Positions 37,715-52,145 of a stretch of 64,000 bases of DNA are shown in pieces. The first letter of the stretch is position 1; each line of letters opens with the position of its first letter. The notes beneath the pieces were generated by a model. That model worked only from the letters and a program-made list of their open reading frames with translations. It ran no database searches and was not told the DNA's origin. Origin of the DNA: Lama glama (lineage: Eukaryota); contig CM052816.1 of NCBI GenBank assembly GCA_028534125.1, positions 88,414,001 to 88,478,000 on the forward strand, read 5' to 3'. The position numbers and the translations under genes were made by a program.

Positions 37715-38474
37715 CAGTTCTCTCCCACTGGTTTGCTGTAATTTTAAATCCTGCAAGTCAATGAATCATATAGAAAGTGGATTGTATTAGAAAGATTTCA
37801 TATTTTGTTTTTTTAATTGTGTTATTTATTGTGCTGTTTTTTTATATTCTGTTTGTATTTTCATTTGTATTGTAAGTACAATTTTGTCTTTTTTAAGATC
37901 AAGTGTTAGATGGAACAGGAGGATTCTGTGTATAGGCCCACAAACTACTCTGAAGTGCTTAGTAATGAAGAATTAAAGTCTTACAAGTCATATCACTGCC
38001 CTCATGAACAACGGATACCCAGAAAATTAGTCTTTCCTATGAAAACTTCTTATCAATGCATTTTACATAGGCAGTCCAAGTTATTTAATTCCACTGGAAG
38101 TCATCTGTGGGGGGAGGTGGCGAAGAGACAACTTGTAAATGTATCAATGGTTACAGTAAAATTAAAAAAATCCACAAAACTATATACCATAACCATTTGA
38201 AAAATAAAGGAGTTATTAGGGTCTCAAAATGTACAGACTAGAGCCTTTGTTTACAAAGTTATACTTATTGCAAATGCTTAGGAATAAATCATTTAGTAAC
38301 AAAACAGAAGTATTGTCAGAGGAAGGAAAGTCAGATTGTGAGAACCTAGTAATTCCAGCATATTTAGTGAATAAAGTGCTAACAAAAGATGCAGTATGAG
38401 AGAAGTGAAACTATTTCACTCTCAAATAGTATGTGTTGATATATTGATAACATGTCACATCCTACAGCAATGTT

Positions 38475-38481
<7 letters not shown>

Positions 38482-38509
<28 letters not shown>
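38482..38509. repeat. (AC)14 microsatellite
   Basis: Perfect run read directly. Confidence 0.95.
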
Positions 38510-39519
38510 CACACACCCCAAATCAAAACAAAATTCTACCCAGTTGAGAAGTCAATAGATTTACTGAAATATGTCAAGCTGTAGCTTTTGAAATATTTTT
38601 AAATGATGATAAAATTTGAAGATATGTTTTTTCTTGCTACAAAGAGCTGTTCCCAACAGCAAAGGCTAAGATATACTTAATGTTTTATTCATATCTGAAA
38701 ACAAAGGGTCTTTCTTGAAGGAACTGTTGACATCTGTCCTGACAATGGTCCATCTATGGTCGGCTCCATGCGGAGTCCCATCTTCCACAGGATAAAGAAA
38801 ATCCTGCATCTTCCCAACAAACTGATTCCTTCGCAGACAGACGCTGGTGCTAAGAACCTTTAGAGATTAAATTTAAAACTTGTAGATGATGCTACAAAAA
38901 AAAGGCTTCCATTTATTAAATATATACTAGGTGACCTAATCATGTTTAAGAAAATTAAAATGCCTGAACATCTCACTTAGAGGACATAAAACTCCTGTTA
39001 AATATAGAAAACTGGTAGGTCACCAAAAGACGAGTTTTCCACAGGGTGTTGTGCTGAGAGGTAAAATGCATGAGTACATACAAGAAAAAAATAAACAAAT
39101 TTTGCTAAGTGCTTTGGAGATGAAAAATGGCCAGAGAAAAATGTCCCACTTAACAAACACTTGTCATTACACGATCCAGTTGCACACATCTTTACAAGAC
39201 CCTGGAGAAAATATTTCTTTTCTTCAAGTGTAAGGTTTTTGGAGCTTACAGAAGCTGAATGTAAAACATCATGCTGCAAAATGAAATCTTGAAATCTTCC
39301 TATTGCTGTTTGCGGTATCAGTGAGTGAGTCTTAAGGCTTATTATAAGCCAACTGGAGGATCTGACCAACAAAATTAGGTAGTTTTTGTCCTTCCCCTAA
39401 ATATGATTAGGAAGGGTTCCTTTCTCTGAATCTTCTCCTCAGCCTCAAAATTTGACTTTGAAAGAAGAGAAAGAATTTTGTAAGATGAGTAGTTAAAAAT
39501 AGTTGTTTTGAAATCTGTT

Positions 39520-40150
39520 TCTTCTAATGTCAATATCTAGATTTTAAAGTCATCTAGATTTTTGACTCTTCTGATCATTTTTTCTTTTGAGAATTGGTTA
39601 TGTTTTCCTCCTTCTTAATATATTTTATAATATTGAATTGCATCCTGGACATTTTGAATGTTACTATGTAGAAGAAATTGGGTTCTGTTATGGTCTTCCT
39701 AAGAGTGCTAATACTTTGTTTTATTTTAGCAGGCAATTAGCTTGACAGTCAATTCAATTATGAAACTCTTTCTTCCCTGTCACGGGAGGCAGCTAAAATT
39801 TACATCGCATTCTTTGAGTTTTAGCTGGCCTTTTAGAAGTCAGTCCCATGTTTGTCTGGTTCAGGGTTTAGCCAGACATTTGGGCAACATTTATACATAG
39901 AATTTGGGGCTTCCCCTCCCTAGCTCTGTCCTTTCTGACATTTTCACTTTTAGACTCCGATAGTTGTGATTGCCCTGAACTCTGTCTTCTGGTTGTTCAA
40001 AAAAATGAGGCTGATTTTCTATTGATGCTTTTGCCTCCCTGTCAGATGTAATCTGGAGTAGTCTCAGGCTAAAAGCAAAACGGATGAGAAAGTCATCCTT
40101 TACCCTGTGTTCTCTGTTTCCAAGTGTTAACTCCTCTCCAGTATCTTCTT
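39520..40150 (-). mobile_element. Old L1 (L1M/L1MC-type) 5' region
   Basis: cctggacattttgaatgtta, ttttagcaggcaatt, tggttcagggtttagccaga, agaatttggggcttcccctc resemble recalled L1M 5' ends. Confidence 0.55.
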
Positions 40151-42589
40151 TTTTATATATTTAATTTTCCGGAAGATGTATTTGTCTTCTTTCCTTTATT
40201 CAACTTAAACCACTGAAATACATTAGGGAAAAAAAACCCTAATATGTTACATATTATATGCCAGATACTGACCTCACTAGAATATTGTATAGTAGTAATT
40301 TGTTATATTTAGGCCTACTTAAGTAAAGAAGCAGTATCAAGCAGACCTTTTTTTATGAAAAATAAAAAAGAAGGAAGAGGCTTCAGTTTCCTCTTCCTAC
40401 ACAAATAATTTCCATTAGAGTTGATATCCTTTGTAGGAAGAGAAGAGATAATCAAATATAAAAATAGGATTTATACATTGGTGACAATAAACAGACCTAG
40501 AGGAAAACATTGGCTAATTAAAAGATCATTGAAGATTATTTACAGATTATTATATGTACAACTACTGACCATTCTTAAGTATGGTATGCTACAGAGGTGT
40601 TTTTTTAATGTGAAGATTTTCTGAGACTTGATGAGTTTTTCAAGTGTCCCTCCAAGATAAAAATAAAATAAATTAATTAGCTTTAAAATTTAAAAATCAT
40701 TTAAAGTTAATAAGGAATCATAGAGTATTATTTAATAAGACTGTAAGATAACAACATTTTAGATTTGAGTATATAGAACTTAATAGTCATTTGAGAAAAC
40801 AAACAAATAAAAACTTAATTGGAATGTACTGTCTTGACTCATGCACATATTCTGTTCAAATTGGAAAGTTTTAATTGACATGTGCAGGGATTTCAATTTC
40901 TTCATGCCAATTATTAGATCTAATTTTTTTTTTACATTTCAAAAGATGAAATCCCTTTTCATTATCATGTTTTGATGGTAAACCTGGAATACCAATGTCT
41001 CAAGTGCATAGGTGACCGTAATGCACAGAGCAGGTTTCAGAGATAATGACACAGGAAGGGTGTAATGTTCTCTCGGTGGGGTTGATGACTTCGGTGTACT
41101 TACTTATTCAGATTGGTGATGGTTTACTAAGGTGCTAATTCTTACTTGTTTTAACTGAATTAAATATATTTTAAAATGATCTTTAAAGGCAGAAACATTT
41201 GACACTAACATCCTAGTAACATTTCTTCGATGCTTCTTGGTAGTGAAACAAAAAATGCTATGAAATATCAGTGACATTTATTGAAGAGATTTCCATATCC
41301 TGTGCTTGTGGGTTGATACTTCCGATCCAGTGCTGCAGAATAGAATCTGAAAGCATGCAATTGATTTTCAAACCTTTTACATCCTGATTGCTATGTTTAA
41401 ATAGCCATATGAGAAACATTTCCTGAGTCGAGATAGACTGCTTTTTTGTCTTACATGGGCAATAGTTTAAATGGTGGGTTGACATTTAGAGAAATAAATA
41501 TTCAAGTGTGAGGTACATTTGAAGGTCATTAAGATTAAAGGTTTACAATAACGTATTATCCTTAAGTGTTGAAACAAATGCTATGTTGTATGTATCTGAC
41601 ACTAATCTGCCTAACAGATGAAGACTGGAAGCAATGATTTGATTTTGACCCAAATAAAGATGCAATCGTAACCTTTACAAGAATGAATTTAAACATATTC
41701 TAACCTTTTCATTATTTCACATTTTCACTCTCATAAGACCATTTCTCAAAAGGGAAAGGGATGATTTTGCAGTGGGATCTTGCTCAGAGTTATATTTTAA
41801 TTCATCATTATAATGAAACAAAAAGGACAGAAAAAAAGAAGGTGAGAACATTCTACTAAATCACTACTTACAGTTTTTCACATGTAATACTCCATATAGT
41901 TTAAGACTTAACCAAGAGAACAACTCATTATGGTTTCAACAGCAAATTTGTCAATGTGTTGATGGATTAGATGCATGATATATGTTATTTGAAGATTGCA
42001 GTAGGTAACTTTTATTTGCAAAAATGCAAGGAAGATTTTTACTTTACAAGGAAAGCCACACAACCTACGGATTTAATTAAAAAATACCAAGTGAACAAAA
42101 ATTATGAGAGCCTGTGAACATTAAACTAGATGAAAATTGCAAACTTTTAATATGAAAAATTAAATTATATCATCCTTGATTTGTTGAACCTAATAATGCT
42201 TATTGAAATGAGTCAAATGACATTTTTTCTTATGAAGGTCTTTCTGATATATAGCATTTGAAACTTATTTCATTGTTCATGATCATTAATGCTTAATTTC
42301 AAAGATCATTTAATATGTACTTCATAAGGAAGTCTGGATTTAGATTCTTAGATCTGCTTGCGTGATTGATTTGGTGAACTTAAAGACATTGCTTAATCAA
42401 ACTTCAAACAACACATAAATTCTAAATTGCTCCAAGGTGAATTCTCAATTCTGTACAATATGCTGATTTTTAAAGAAAACAAATGAACAAAATGTTCCAT
42501 TTTGTTCAATTGTTTTCAAGGGCAATTAACAATTTAATGCTACCATTTACATTTAGGCCAAAACATGATTTGTTTCTGTCTCTTTTCAT

Positions 42590-43305
42590 GTAATTCAACC
42601 TAAAAAATTATGTATTGATAGCCTTCAATGAGCCAGGTTCTATTTCATGTTCCAAAGATACTTTAGGAACCAAAGATGTTGTCTACCTTTGTGGAACTTA
42701 AGTTCTGGAGGTGATGGGGCAGCAGATAATGATGAACATGAACACATAAATGATATTTTACATTAAAAGGTGATAAGCTTTATGGAATGAAAGAAAAAGG
42801 AAAGGGTTTTTGATTGTAGGTGGGGCCTAGGGGTGGATTATGCTTTTATTTGGCTGGAATGGGTAGGCTTCCTTTTGATGATATTTGAGCCAAAATTTGA
42901 AGAGGTGAAGGAGTTCACCCAGGAGGATATTTGGGGGAAACTGGCCCATTCAGAGTCAGAGCAAAATCCTACATGTGGAACTTGCCTGGCACATTTGGAG
43001 AAAGCTGTGAGGCTCGTGTAGCGGGGGAAGCAGAAGGTGAACTAGAGGGAGAGGAACTGGAGACGTCTGAGAACTGATGGAGGAGGAATCACGTGGGGAT
43101 GGTAAGTCATTCTAAAGAGTCTGGCTTATACTCAGAGTAAAACAGGGAGCTAATTCAAAGTTTTTAGCAGAAGAGTAAGAGATTGAACTTCTGTTTTTTA
43201 ATGATAATTCTGGTTACCACACAGAAAAGTCATGGGAGATGGACAAGGGTCAAGTCTGGTCAGCCAATTATGAGGCTATTGCTGTAATTCAGGAAGGGAG
43301 TGACA
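42590..43305 (-). mobile_element. L2 LINE (L2a-like)
   Basis: tgatatttgagccaaaatttgaagaggtgaagga, ggatatttggggga, aggctattgctgtaattcagg. Confidence 0.75.
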
Positions 43306-45357
43306 AAACATTGTAAGTCCAAATAAGTGTATCTATTTGAGGAAATACCCTCAAATGTCTTTGAATAGGAGACTATCTAGTTTATACATGGGTCACATCC
43401 AATATTCAAAGGATTTTAAAAGGTTCTTACTTTAAGTTATAAGTTTGGGAGCACACATTCACTCCTTTCTATGGAGAATAGCCTTTGGCGAGATATTTTT
43501 AATGCCATAAGTACATTTCAGTGTGAATTATTTGATGTGCAGATTATATGAAATGCTTTGACTTATACTCCACAAGTACACAGGAAACTCAAAGAGGAGA
43601 ACGCAGCAGGGTTTACTTCACAGTTTGGTATTGCAAACTTCTTTTCCTTTGTCCCTCCAAAATCTGCTTCTCAGAGTTAGATACAGTAAGTTGAACAAAA
43701 GCAAGGATTAGGTGTGGTTCACAGATGATTCCAGTGTTGGTTTGTAATCCTGAATTAGACTTGAAAAATCAAAACCCCTTTATTACAATCCCTTTTCATG
43801 TGACTCTCATGTGCGCCATGTTTAAAAGGTACTGTTTCCCAGATCCCTTTAGAAAAACTTAATATTTCTCTAACTAGCCCTTCTCCCTATTCCTCCATTC
43901 ATGGTTCCAATTTGAACTATCATTCTGAATCATCATTCAATATCTTCACTAGTATGTATTTATGTATCTAACAATTTTGGCAAGCCTGACCTTTTCATAT
44001 GAATTCTCACATATACAGTTTAGGAAAATTGCATACATTAAAATGGTCCTTTCTTCCAAAAGTCTAAGATATATTTAGGATCAAGAAAAAAAAAATAGAT
44101 CATCATGTAAACCTTTGCTAATATTTTTACAAGATTACACAACATTTTTAATAAATAATGTAAAAGATGTTTAACAAAATATAAGTAAATTTTACTAAAC
44201 ATATAGAGAGTTTGCATTAATAATTGATAATTGATAATTAGTAGATAATTAATAATTAATACATAACCAGTCAGAGGGTTGCTGCTCAGAGACATAATTC
44301 TGAGGATAGAAAACAGAACAAAAACAAACATCACTGGAATGCAGAGCTTCCTCAGCTCCACTACTAATAATAGAGGTTGTCCGTAGGACCTCTTGCATTT
44401 CCCCCAGCTGTCAGCATCCTTTGCTAGCAATACCCTTTCTCTTTCATTCGTCCACACGTGTACAGACAAACCCAGCACAATTACATTTAGCTATGTTCAT
44501 GCTAATATCAGGTACAAAGCAGCATGCAAATAAACAAGTAATCAAGGAAGTGAGTTCTTTACCGAATCTTGTGAGTGGTCAGGTCTTCTTAGTGTAAAGC
44601 TAAGGAGAAACTCAGTGCTTGAATTAGAGAAACATGAATTTAATCATGAAATGTTATCAACACTCATATTCTGTGTGCCTGCTCCTTGAAAAGAAAAAGT
44701 TTTACTAAGTCATGCCTTCAATTTCAAGGATCTTACAATTCATAAGAATGAGAAACTATGGATAGATGTGCACCTCACCCACTCCAGGACCAGACACGGG
44801 GAAGGAAGAGCTGGAAGTTAGTACTACAATGCCCTAGACTGCACTAGACGCTTACTAAATCTTTACCCATAGGATATCAATTTCCCGTTACTATATGGCT
44901 CTCTATTAACCTAGTGAAATAAATGATTTGCCAGACTTTGTAAAGAGGGCAGGCTAAAGGATTTTACAGTGTAGGTTCAAACCCTTTGCCTGACTCTCAA
45001 AGCCTATAAGCTAGTCTCTTGCAGCCTTGTCAACTGCACCATAATGATGTTAAAAAGCACAGCAGCTACAAATTTCCTACCATCTGTGCTCTTGTTTCTC
45101 CAACCAGGAGTTGTTGAGAGGACAGAGAGCAAAGTGTCGCCCAGCTGAATAGCTTTTGTAATACCTGTAACCGGGCCCTGGATCATAAAATTAAAACAGA
45201 TTACTAGTAGTAATCTTTTTTTCCCAAGAAACATAGATAGTTTGAAGCTGTTGCATCTGAAAAATGAATTACCCTGAGTGCCACTCAGCATAATTTTCTT
45301 TTGTAAAAATATTTTATATGAAAAGCCAAACTGTTTACTCATGTCAAACAAATGATT

Positions 45358-45857
45358 NNNNNNNNNNNNNNNNNNNNNNNNNNNNNNNNNNNNNNNNNNN
45401 NNNNNNNNNNNNNNNNNNNNNNNNNNNNNNNNNNNNNNNNNNNNNNNNNNNNNNNNNNNNNNNNNNNNNNNNNNNNNNNNNNNNNNNNNNNNNNNNNNNN
45501 NNNNNNNNNNNNNNNNNNNNNNNNNNNNNNNNNNNNNNNNNNNNNNNNNNNNNNNNNNNNNNNNNNNNNNNNNNNNNNNNNNNNNNNNNNNNNNNNNNNN
45601 NNNNNNNNNNNNNNNNNNNNNNNNNNNNNNNNNNNNNNNNNNNNNNNNNNNNNNNNNNNNNNNNNNNNNNNNNNNNNNNNNNNNNNNNNNNNNNNNNNNN
45701 NNNNNNNNNNNNNNNNNNNNNNNNNNNNNNNNNNNNNNNNNNNNNNNNNNNNNNNNNNNNNNNNNNNNNNNNNNNNNNNNNNNNNNNNNNNNNNNNNNNN
45801 NNNNNNNNNNNNNNNNNNNNNNNNNNNNNNNNNNNNNNNNNNNNNNNNNNNNNNNNN
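45358..45857. other. Assembly gap, exactly 500 N
   Basis: N run. Confidence 1.
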
Positions 45858-47074
45858 GAGACTTTTTTAATCCGACCTACAGCTGCCATGGCTGACCTAC
45901 AGTCCTTGCTGAGCAGATCTGCTGGGTATCATTGGCCCATACAGCTGAACATAGAATGATGCTCTCAAGAGTCAGCAGGACCCAAGAGTCCCTGTGTGCA
46001 CAAAGAGTATCCAGTTCTTAGTTCATTATCACATATATTGCCTTAATTCTGCCTTTTCTGTCTTCTTGCCCTTGACTTCTTCAACTGATGCTTTATCATC
46101 TGCGGGGAGAATGGCTGCATAATTCCAAACTGCTTTCTTAACCCAATTTGGAACTCCCATTAGTCATTAGGCTGCTTGCTTTGCTTTAGAAGAGAGACAG
46201 TTCTAAAGTTCATATCATTCATCATTAAAGCTATCAGTCTTTCTAATTTTGTCATTTGTCCCAGAACCAGTACAAACTGCTCACGGATATAATATATTCT
46301 TCCAGAGTTATCACCAGTAGTTTCCTCTGGTATATGCAGTATCCACTTTATGAGCAAGTTCTGCTGAGCTGTTTATTACATATTGATATAACTATCTCAA
46401 ACATTACCAATGACATAATAGGTATTTTAGGTCAAAAAAAAGTATGGTCTCTTTCAATACGCTCTCTCCTCTAAAGCCAAGTGAAAGGTCACCATTTTGC
46501 TTTTCTTTTTTTGAAGAGTATGTATGTAGCTGCAGTGGCATGTAGCCTGTCTGAAATCCTAGTATTGGGTACTTCTGAGAGACACTCAATATTGCAGGCA
46601 TCTGTATGCCTGATCTTTCCAAAGTACTTTCTGTATCAACATGCAATTATATGGTGCCAAACAGTAACCCTTGGGGTACACTCCTTTGTAAGATTCCGAG
46701 ATAGTTTTACTTCAATATTCTATTCAAATTCATTCCAGGGAGAGAGGGTAGGAGAGAGCCATTTTGTGTACTGAGACTAACTGCATGTCTACATGTGAAT
46801 AGTCAAGAAACTTACAAAGTCTTATATATTTTTATTATTAATTTGATTTATCACTGCTTATGATAAGACACTCATGGCCCCAACCAACTTTATTCTTATG
46901 AATTATTGGGCTGGTACCAATATTTTGTCCAAATTAATTACCCTAGGTAATTACCTATACCATCACAGTTTTCCAGTATCCCTTGGCTTCTTACTATGAG
47001 ACAAATTATCATGATCTATTCATTACAATGAACCAACTCATTTTTGTTAACTAGACTTATTGTGCTGATCATTA

Positions 47075-47161
47075 CTCAATGTATACATATATTGAACCAT
47101 TATGTTATACACCTGGAACTAATATAATGTTAAATGTCAGTTATATCTCAATTTTAAAAAA
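47075..47161 (+). mobile_element. L1 3'-terminal fragment
   Basis: ttatgttatacacctggaactaatataatgttaaatgtcagttatatctcaatt followed by an A tail. Confidence 0.75.
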
Positions 47162-47554
47162 TATGTCTTTTTAATGTCTTATAAAAATAAATCATATGTT
47201 GGAGAATTCAGACATTTTTAGAGGAGGAAATATGAATTCTCTCATAGCTTACCATCTTACTTCTCTAAGTAGCCTGGCGTTAGCATTAGCTACTGTTATT
47301 TCTAGACTGCCTGTTAGATTCTCTGAAGAGCTTCATTATCTTTGGATATGGTGGAAAATTACTGGTGGAACTGCTTTATAATAAAATTTTTAGCGTCTGT
47401 AAGCAAATCATTATTTTCACAGTTCAGACTGCTGATTTTATCATATTGTAATTAAGTATAATATGATACTTGGTATCAAATTCTTTTGAGCTTTCATTTT
47501 TATATGATTAATACATGGGAAGAATTAGTTAATCACGAATATTTCCATTAGCAT

Positions 47555-47890
47555 GAGCAATACAAAACAAATGAACAAATATAACAAACAGAAACAGACT
47601 TACAAATACAGAGAACTAGTGTTTATCAGTGGCGAGAGGGGTGGAGGAAAGGGTAAAACAGATGAAGTGAATTAGAGGTATGAACTACTAGATAGAAAAT
47701 GAATGTTACAAGGATGTAAGACACAGCACAGGGAATATAGCCATATTTTATAATAATTTTATATGAAGTAAAATTTATACAAATATTGAATCACTATGTT
47801 GCATACCCAAAACTAATATAATATTGTCAGTAAACTATACTTCAATTAAAAAAAAAAGAAACCCAAAAGCAAACAAACAAAAAAATAAAG
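47555..47890 (+). mobile_element. Cetartiodactyl-type L1 3' end
   Basis: aaacagaaacagacttacaaatacagagaac, acagcacagggaatatagcca, tgaatcactatgttg, ctatacttcaatt, A tail. Confidence 0.85.
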
Positions 47891-50076
47891 AATAAACTTG
47901 CTTGCTATTTGAACATGCATTATCAATCTAGTCACATGCCACAAAGATACCAAAATTCTAATTACCAATTAGACATGCATGATATAATCAGAGGTAATTT
48001 TTTTTTTTCCTTTTCTTTCTGGCTTCTCAGTCTAAAGTTACCACCATAACAGCTTATCTTCACAAGTTTTCCTTTTACTCTTCTAATATTTTCTTCTTGT
48101 TCTTGGATACATCATAGTATATTATCAACATGTCCAAACATTCATAATTTTAAGTATGAAAAATTAGACTCTCAAAATTTAATTTAATTAACTGGAATTG
48201 GTATTAAAATCCTGGAATTTATCAGGAAACATATATCCAAAAATATTGTTCAAAAGTAGGTAAGCAACTTTGTCATATACCAGCAGAAATCTTCCTAATA
48301 AATGTAAATTTTAGTATTAAGAAAGAAAATATGTGTATCTTAATGTTTCAAACTATAAGAAACTATCGCCAAAATGTTTTACTTACTTTACTTTTAGAAT
48401 TACTATGTTCAGTTGTTTCTCTTACAGTCTTATTATCATCAAATTTTCTTTTAAATAATTCATTTGCTACTATCACTATCATAAAACATCAAAAATATTA
48501 TAATGCTCTTGGATTTCAGTGGCTCAGAAAAATTCTTGCTAAATAAATGAATTATTATATTTTAAGTGGTGTGGATTGGTTTTATCTATTTGACAAGGAA
48601 CATTCAAATCATTATTTTAAATTTCTTTTCTCTCAGGTTTGAAGGTTATTTACAAAGAGCCAAACTGCTTTACATTGATTGAATTTATCTACTTTATGGT
48701 AGTAATTTATGGAATAATTAAAAGTGTCTTTCTACAAGATCATTACCAACAACACTTGCCTCTGATCAATTCAGCCAATTAAAAGGAACTAAAGATTTCT
48801 GGTAATACACTTTAGTGAGTAAAATTTAACAACTCATATAAGCATTCTTCTCACATTGTGATATTATTTAAAATTTTTTCACTTTACTTTTTTCAGTTTC
48901 TAATTCAATTGTGTAGCATGCATTTTCCTGCATGTATAAATTAATACCTATACCAGAAGCTCCTATGAGAATTTCAAAATTTCACACACCTTATTAATGT
49001 ATATACTTGGTGAACAAAGAGTTGGAAATTAGCATTAATATTGATATAACTACTTAGAAAATTAGACTATATGCTCCCCTGTATGATTAAATATTGGGTA
49101 AAATTAGAAAATTATGATAGAGAAATAAAAATTCTATGAAATCTTAACATTTCAGTATAAAAAATAATATTGAGATAAATGCAGTAGAAACTTGGTATGT
49201 AGATTTCTATCTTCATATACATGGAAAATTATGAAATATATACAAACATGAACACATAGAGTGGCCTTTACATAGTCTTAACCATTTGTTGTATCAACTA
49301 GTGTATCATGAAAAAAATTTCTAGAGGATAGATAGATAGATAAATACCTGTATCTATATCTGTATCTATAGCCCCTTATTAGTAGTTGACATTATGGATG
49401 CTTCTAGTAATTGACTCTTCTCAAGTTTCTCCCAGGTAAAGTTTGAGATAAATTCACCATGTGAGTAGTAAATAGAAGCAGCAAGTCCTATTGAAGGAGA
49501 ATGGAGCACGTTGATGGGTTAGTTTATTGAATATACTAAAAGGAAAAACTGAACCATCCCCAGGTCAATCCTTGGAATTAAGCAGAAAAAACAAGATTTT
49601 TATGTTGCTCAAATTTTAAACAAGCAAACAAACATCTCATCATTTCTAGGTAAGTAGATTTCCAGAAAAACTCATACGCACACTGGTGGGTCCAGAGCAC
49701 CAAGACTATGGCTAAAGAGCCCCCATGAGGCACTCAAGGGCCTCACTTAGCCTAGAGTAAGTGGTTACAGAGTCTAATCCTTTCATGCCCCACCTGAGGA
49801 GTAGGGAGGAGGCACTACCTTGCAGCATGAGGCAGGGGTGATGAACACAGAATGTGTAAGGAATGAGCTCTCTATGTTGGCATCTTGTAGGCACCCAGAG
49901 TATAGACCACAGAAACCATGGGAAAAGAAATAAACTTAGACAAAAAAAAGGAGGCTGGCTCTCTCCAACACAGGAGTTGAAAGATTGGTAGCCCATTTCA
50001 ACAGTTCTTATATAATCCAAATACTGGTGAGCAAGTTTCAGAGACAAGATATTTTATTATTATCAATATTGTAGGA

Positions 50077-50140
50077 CTCCAGAAATTGACACAACATTGT
50101 AAACTGACTATACTTCAATAAAATATATATATATATAAAT
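50077..50140 (+). mobile_element. Ultra-short young L1 tail ending in (AT)n
   Basis: ccagaaattgacacaacattgtaaactgactatacttcaataaaa; flanks ATATTGTAGGA / ATGTTGTAGGA. Confidence 0.8.
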
Positions 50141-50269
50141 ATGTTGTAGGAGAGGCATAATCAACTTTGATTATATTTGAAAAAAAATACTATAATAATG
50201 CTTGCCTTCCATGTGTTAGAGCATAATCTGCTATAATATATTTGGAGGAAATCTGGAATTTATCATATT

Positions 50270-51643
50270 CACAGTGAAAAAAAGAATAATCTATAGTTGC
50301 CAGGAGCTGGGGAGGGGAGAAGGGAGAGATAGACAGCTGGAGCATGGGAGGTTTTTAGGGCAATGAAGATTCTTCATGATGTGGTAATGTCAAGCGTTTG
50401 GCAAAACCCAAAGAAAGTGAACTCTTAAAATACTGACTTTAGTTTATAACAGTGTCACAATGTATATTCCCCAATTTCAACACATGTACCACACCAATGA
50501 GCACAAATTTACTGATGAACATTTCTGCAGGAAGAAATGAAGATCACTGTATAGAGAAATTGCAAACTTAACTGTAAAATAATATTTCTAAAATACAGTA
50601 AATAACTATTAACTCTTTAGGGCAAAAAAAAACACTATATTGTGGATATTTAACACATATAGGAAAATGAATGACCACTAAAATACAAAGGACACAACAG
50701 CAATAAGTGATAATTTACTTATAATAATGGCTAATTAGTATAATTTTAAGTTACTTTGAAAAGTTAAAGATTAAAAAGCTGAATATAGAAAGTAACCAGC
50801 AATAAAACAAAGCAAATACATTAAAAATGGACAGAATTAACAGGATATATAGACAAATATACATGAACCAAGATTATATTTTAAATACAATTTTCTCATA
50901 ATTAAAAAAAGACAAAAAATAGTAATAACATAGAAGCTTTATTTTTATTGAGGTAAAATTGGTATACTATATTATATAAGTTTTAGGTATGTAACATTAT
51001 AACCTGATACACAAGAATGATCACCAAAAATCTAATTATCATCTGTCACCATACCGTTGATATCCTATCCACCAAACCTCTTTCTCTCTCGTAATCATCA
51101 ATCTGTTCTAGATACAGAAGTTTTAAAGTATGTTATTATCCAACTTACCTAACAAGAATTTGTAGAATACTATATCTAGCTGCTGTAAGATACACAGCCT
51201 TTGGAGGCTATAAAACAAGTCTTAATAAATCACAAAAAATCATATGTTCTGTGACCATACATAAATAAATGTTCTTTAAAAAGAGTAATGAGATAATCTT
51301 AAGTGTTTGAGGATTAGAAGTATGTGTCTAAATTAACACTTGTTAAAAAAATGCAATGGGAACTAAAAGCATGTTATTAACAGGATAGAAATGGAAATTT
51401 CCCTTGTCAAAACTTGTATGATTAAGGCAAAACAGTCTTTGGTTATGATTTATCATTTAAATATGAAAGTTTTATAAATCAACAAGCTAAGCCTCCATCT
51501 CAAGATTCTAAAAATGGAGAAGGAAATTCAACCCAAAGGAAGAAGAAGGATAAAAATTATAATCGTGAGAGTAAAGACCAAAGGTACAAAGTCGAGAAAA
51601 ATAACAAAGCCATAAGTTTTAGTCTTTGAAAAGTTTAATAAAA
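50270..51643 (+). mobile_element. Old L1 fragments, with a nested minus-strand L1MA9-like tail at about 50938-51110
   Basis: atagttgccaggagctgggg (3' UTR); ggctataaaacaagtcttaataaat and caagctaagcctccatctcaaga (ORF2); ttattgaggtaaaattgg...atctgtcaccatac (nested). Confidence 0.65.
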
Positions 51644-52145
51644 TAGCAGCAGAATAATATCCCCTCCCAAGAAGCATATGTGCTATTTCCCAGAACTATG
51701 AGTGTTATCTTATGCGGCAAAGACGTTGCAGATACAATTAGGTGAGGCTCTCCATCTAAGACAGAGTATCCTGAAGTACCCTGGGGAACCCAGTGTAATT
51801 ACACAGGTCTTTATTTTGAAATAGTAGAAAGGAAAGTAAAAATGTCAGCATCAGAAAAGGAAACTCAACAACGGAAGCAAAGTCAGAAAGGTTTCATTTC
51901 AGGCTTTACACATGGAGGGGGCCATTAGCCAAGGACTGTGAGAGCCTGTGGAAGCTGAGAAAGGGAGGACAACGGATTACTTTCCAGAATGTGCAGAATG
52001 AATGTGGCCCTGCAAATCTTTTAACTTTAGCCAGTGAGACCCATTTTGAACTGTGACCTCCAGAACTGTAAAATAATAAGTGTGTGGTGCTTTAAGTCAC
52101 TAAGGGTGTGTTGACTTGTTACAGCAGCAATGGGAAACTAAGAGA
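51644..52145 (+). mobile_element. MaLR solo LTR (MLT1D-like)
   Basis: cccagtgtaattacacaggtctt, gccagtgagacccatttt, tgacctccagaactgtaa, ttgttacagcagcaatgggaaactaa. Confidence 0.9.
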
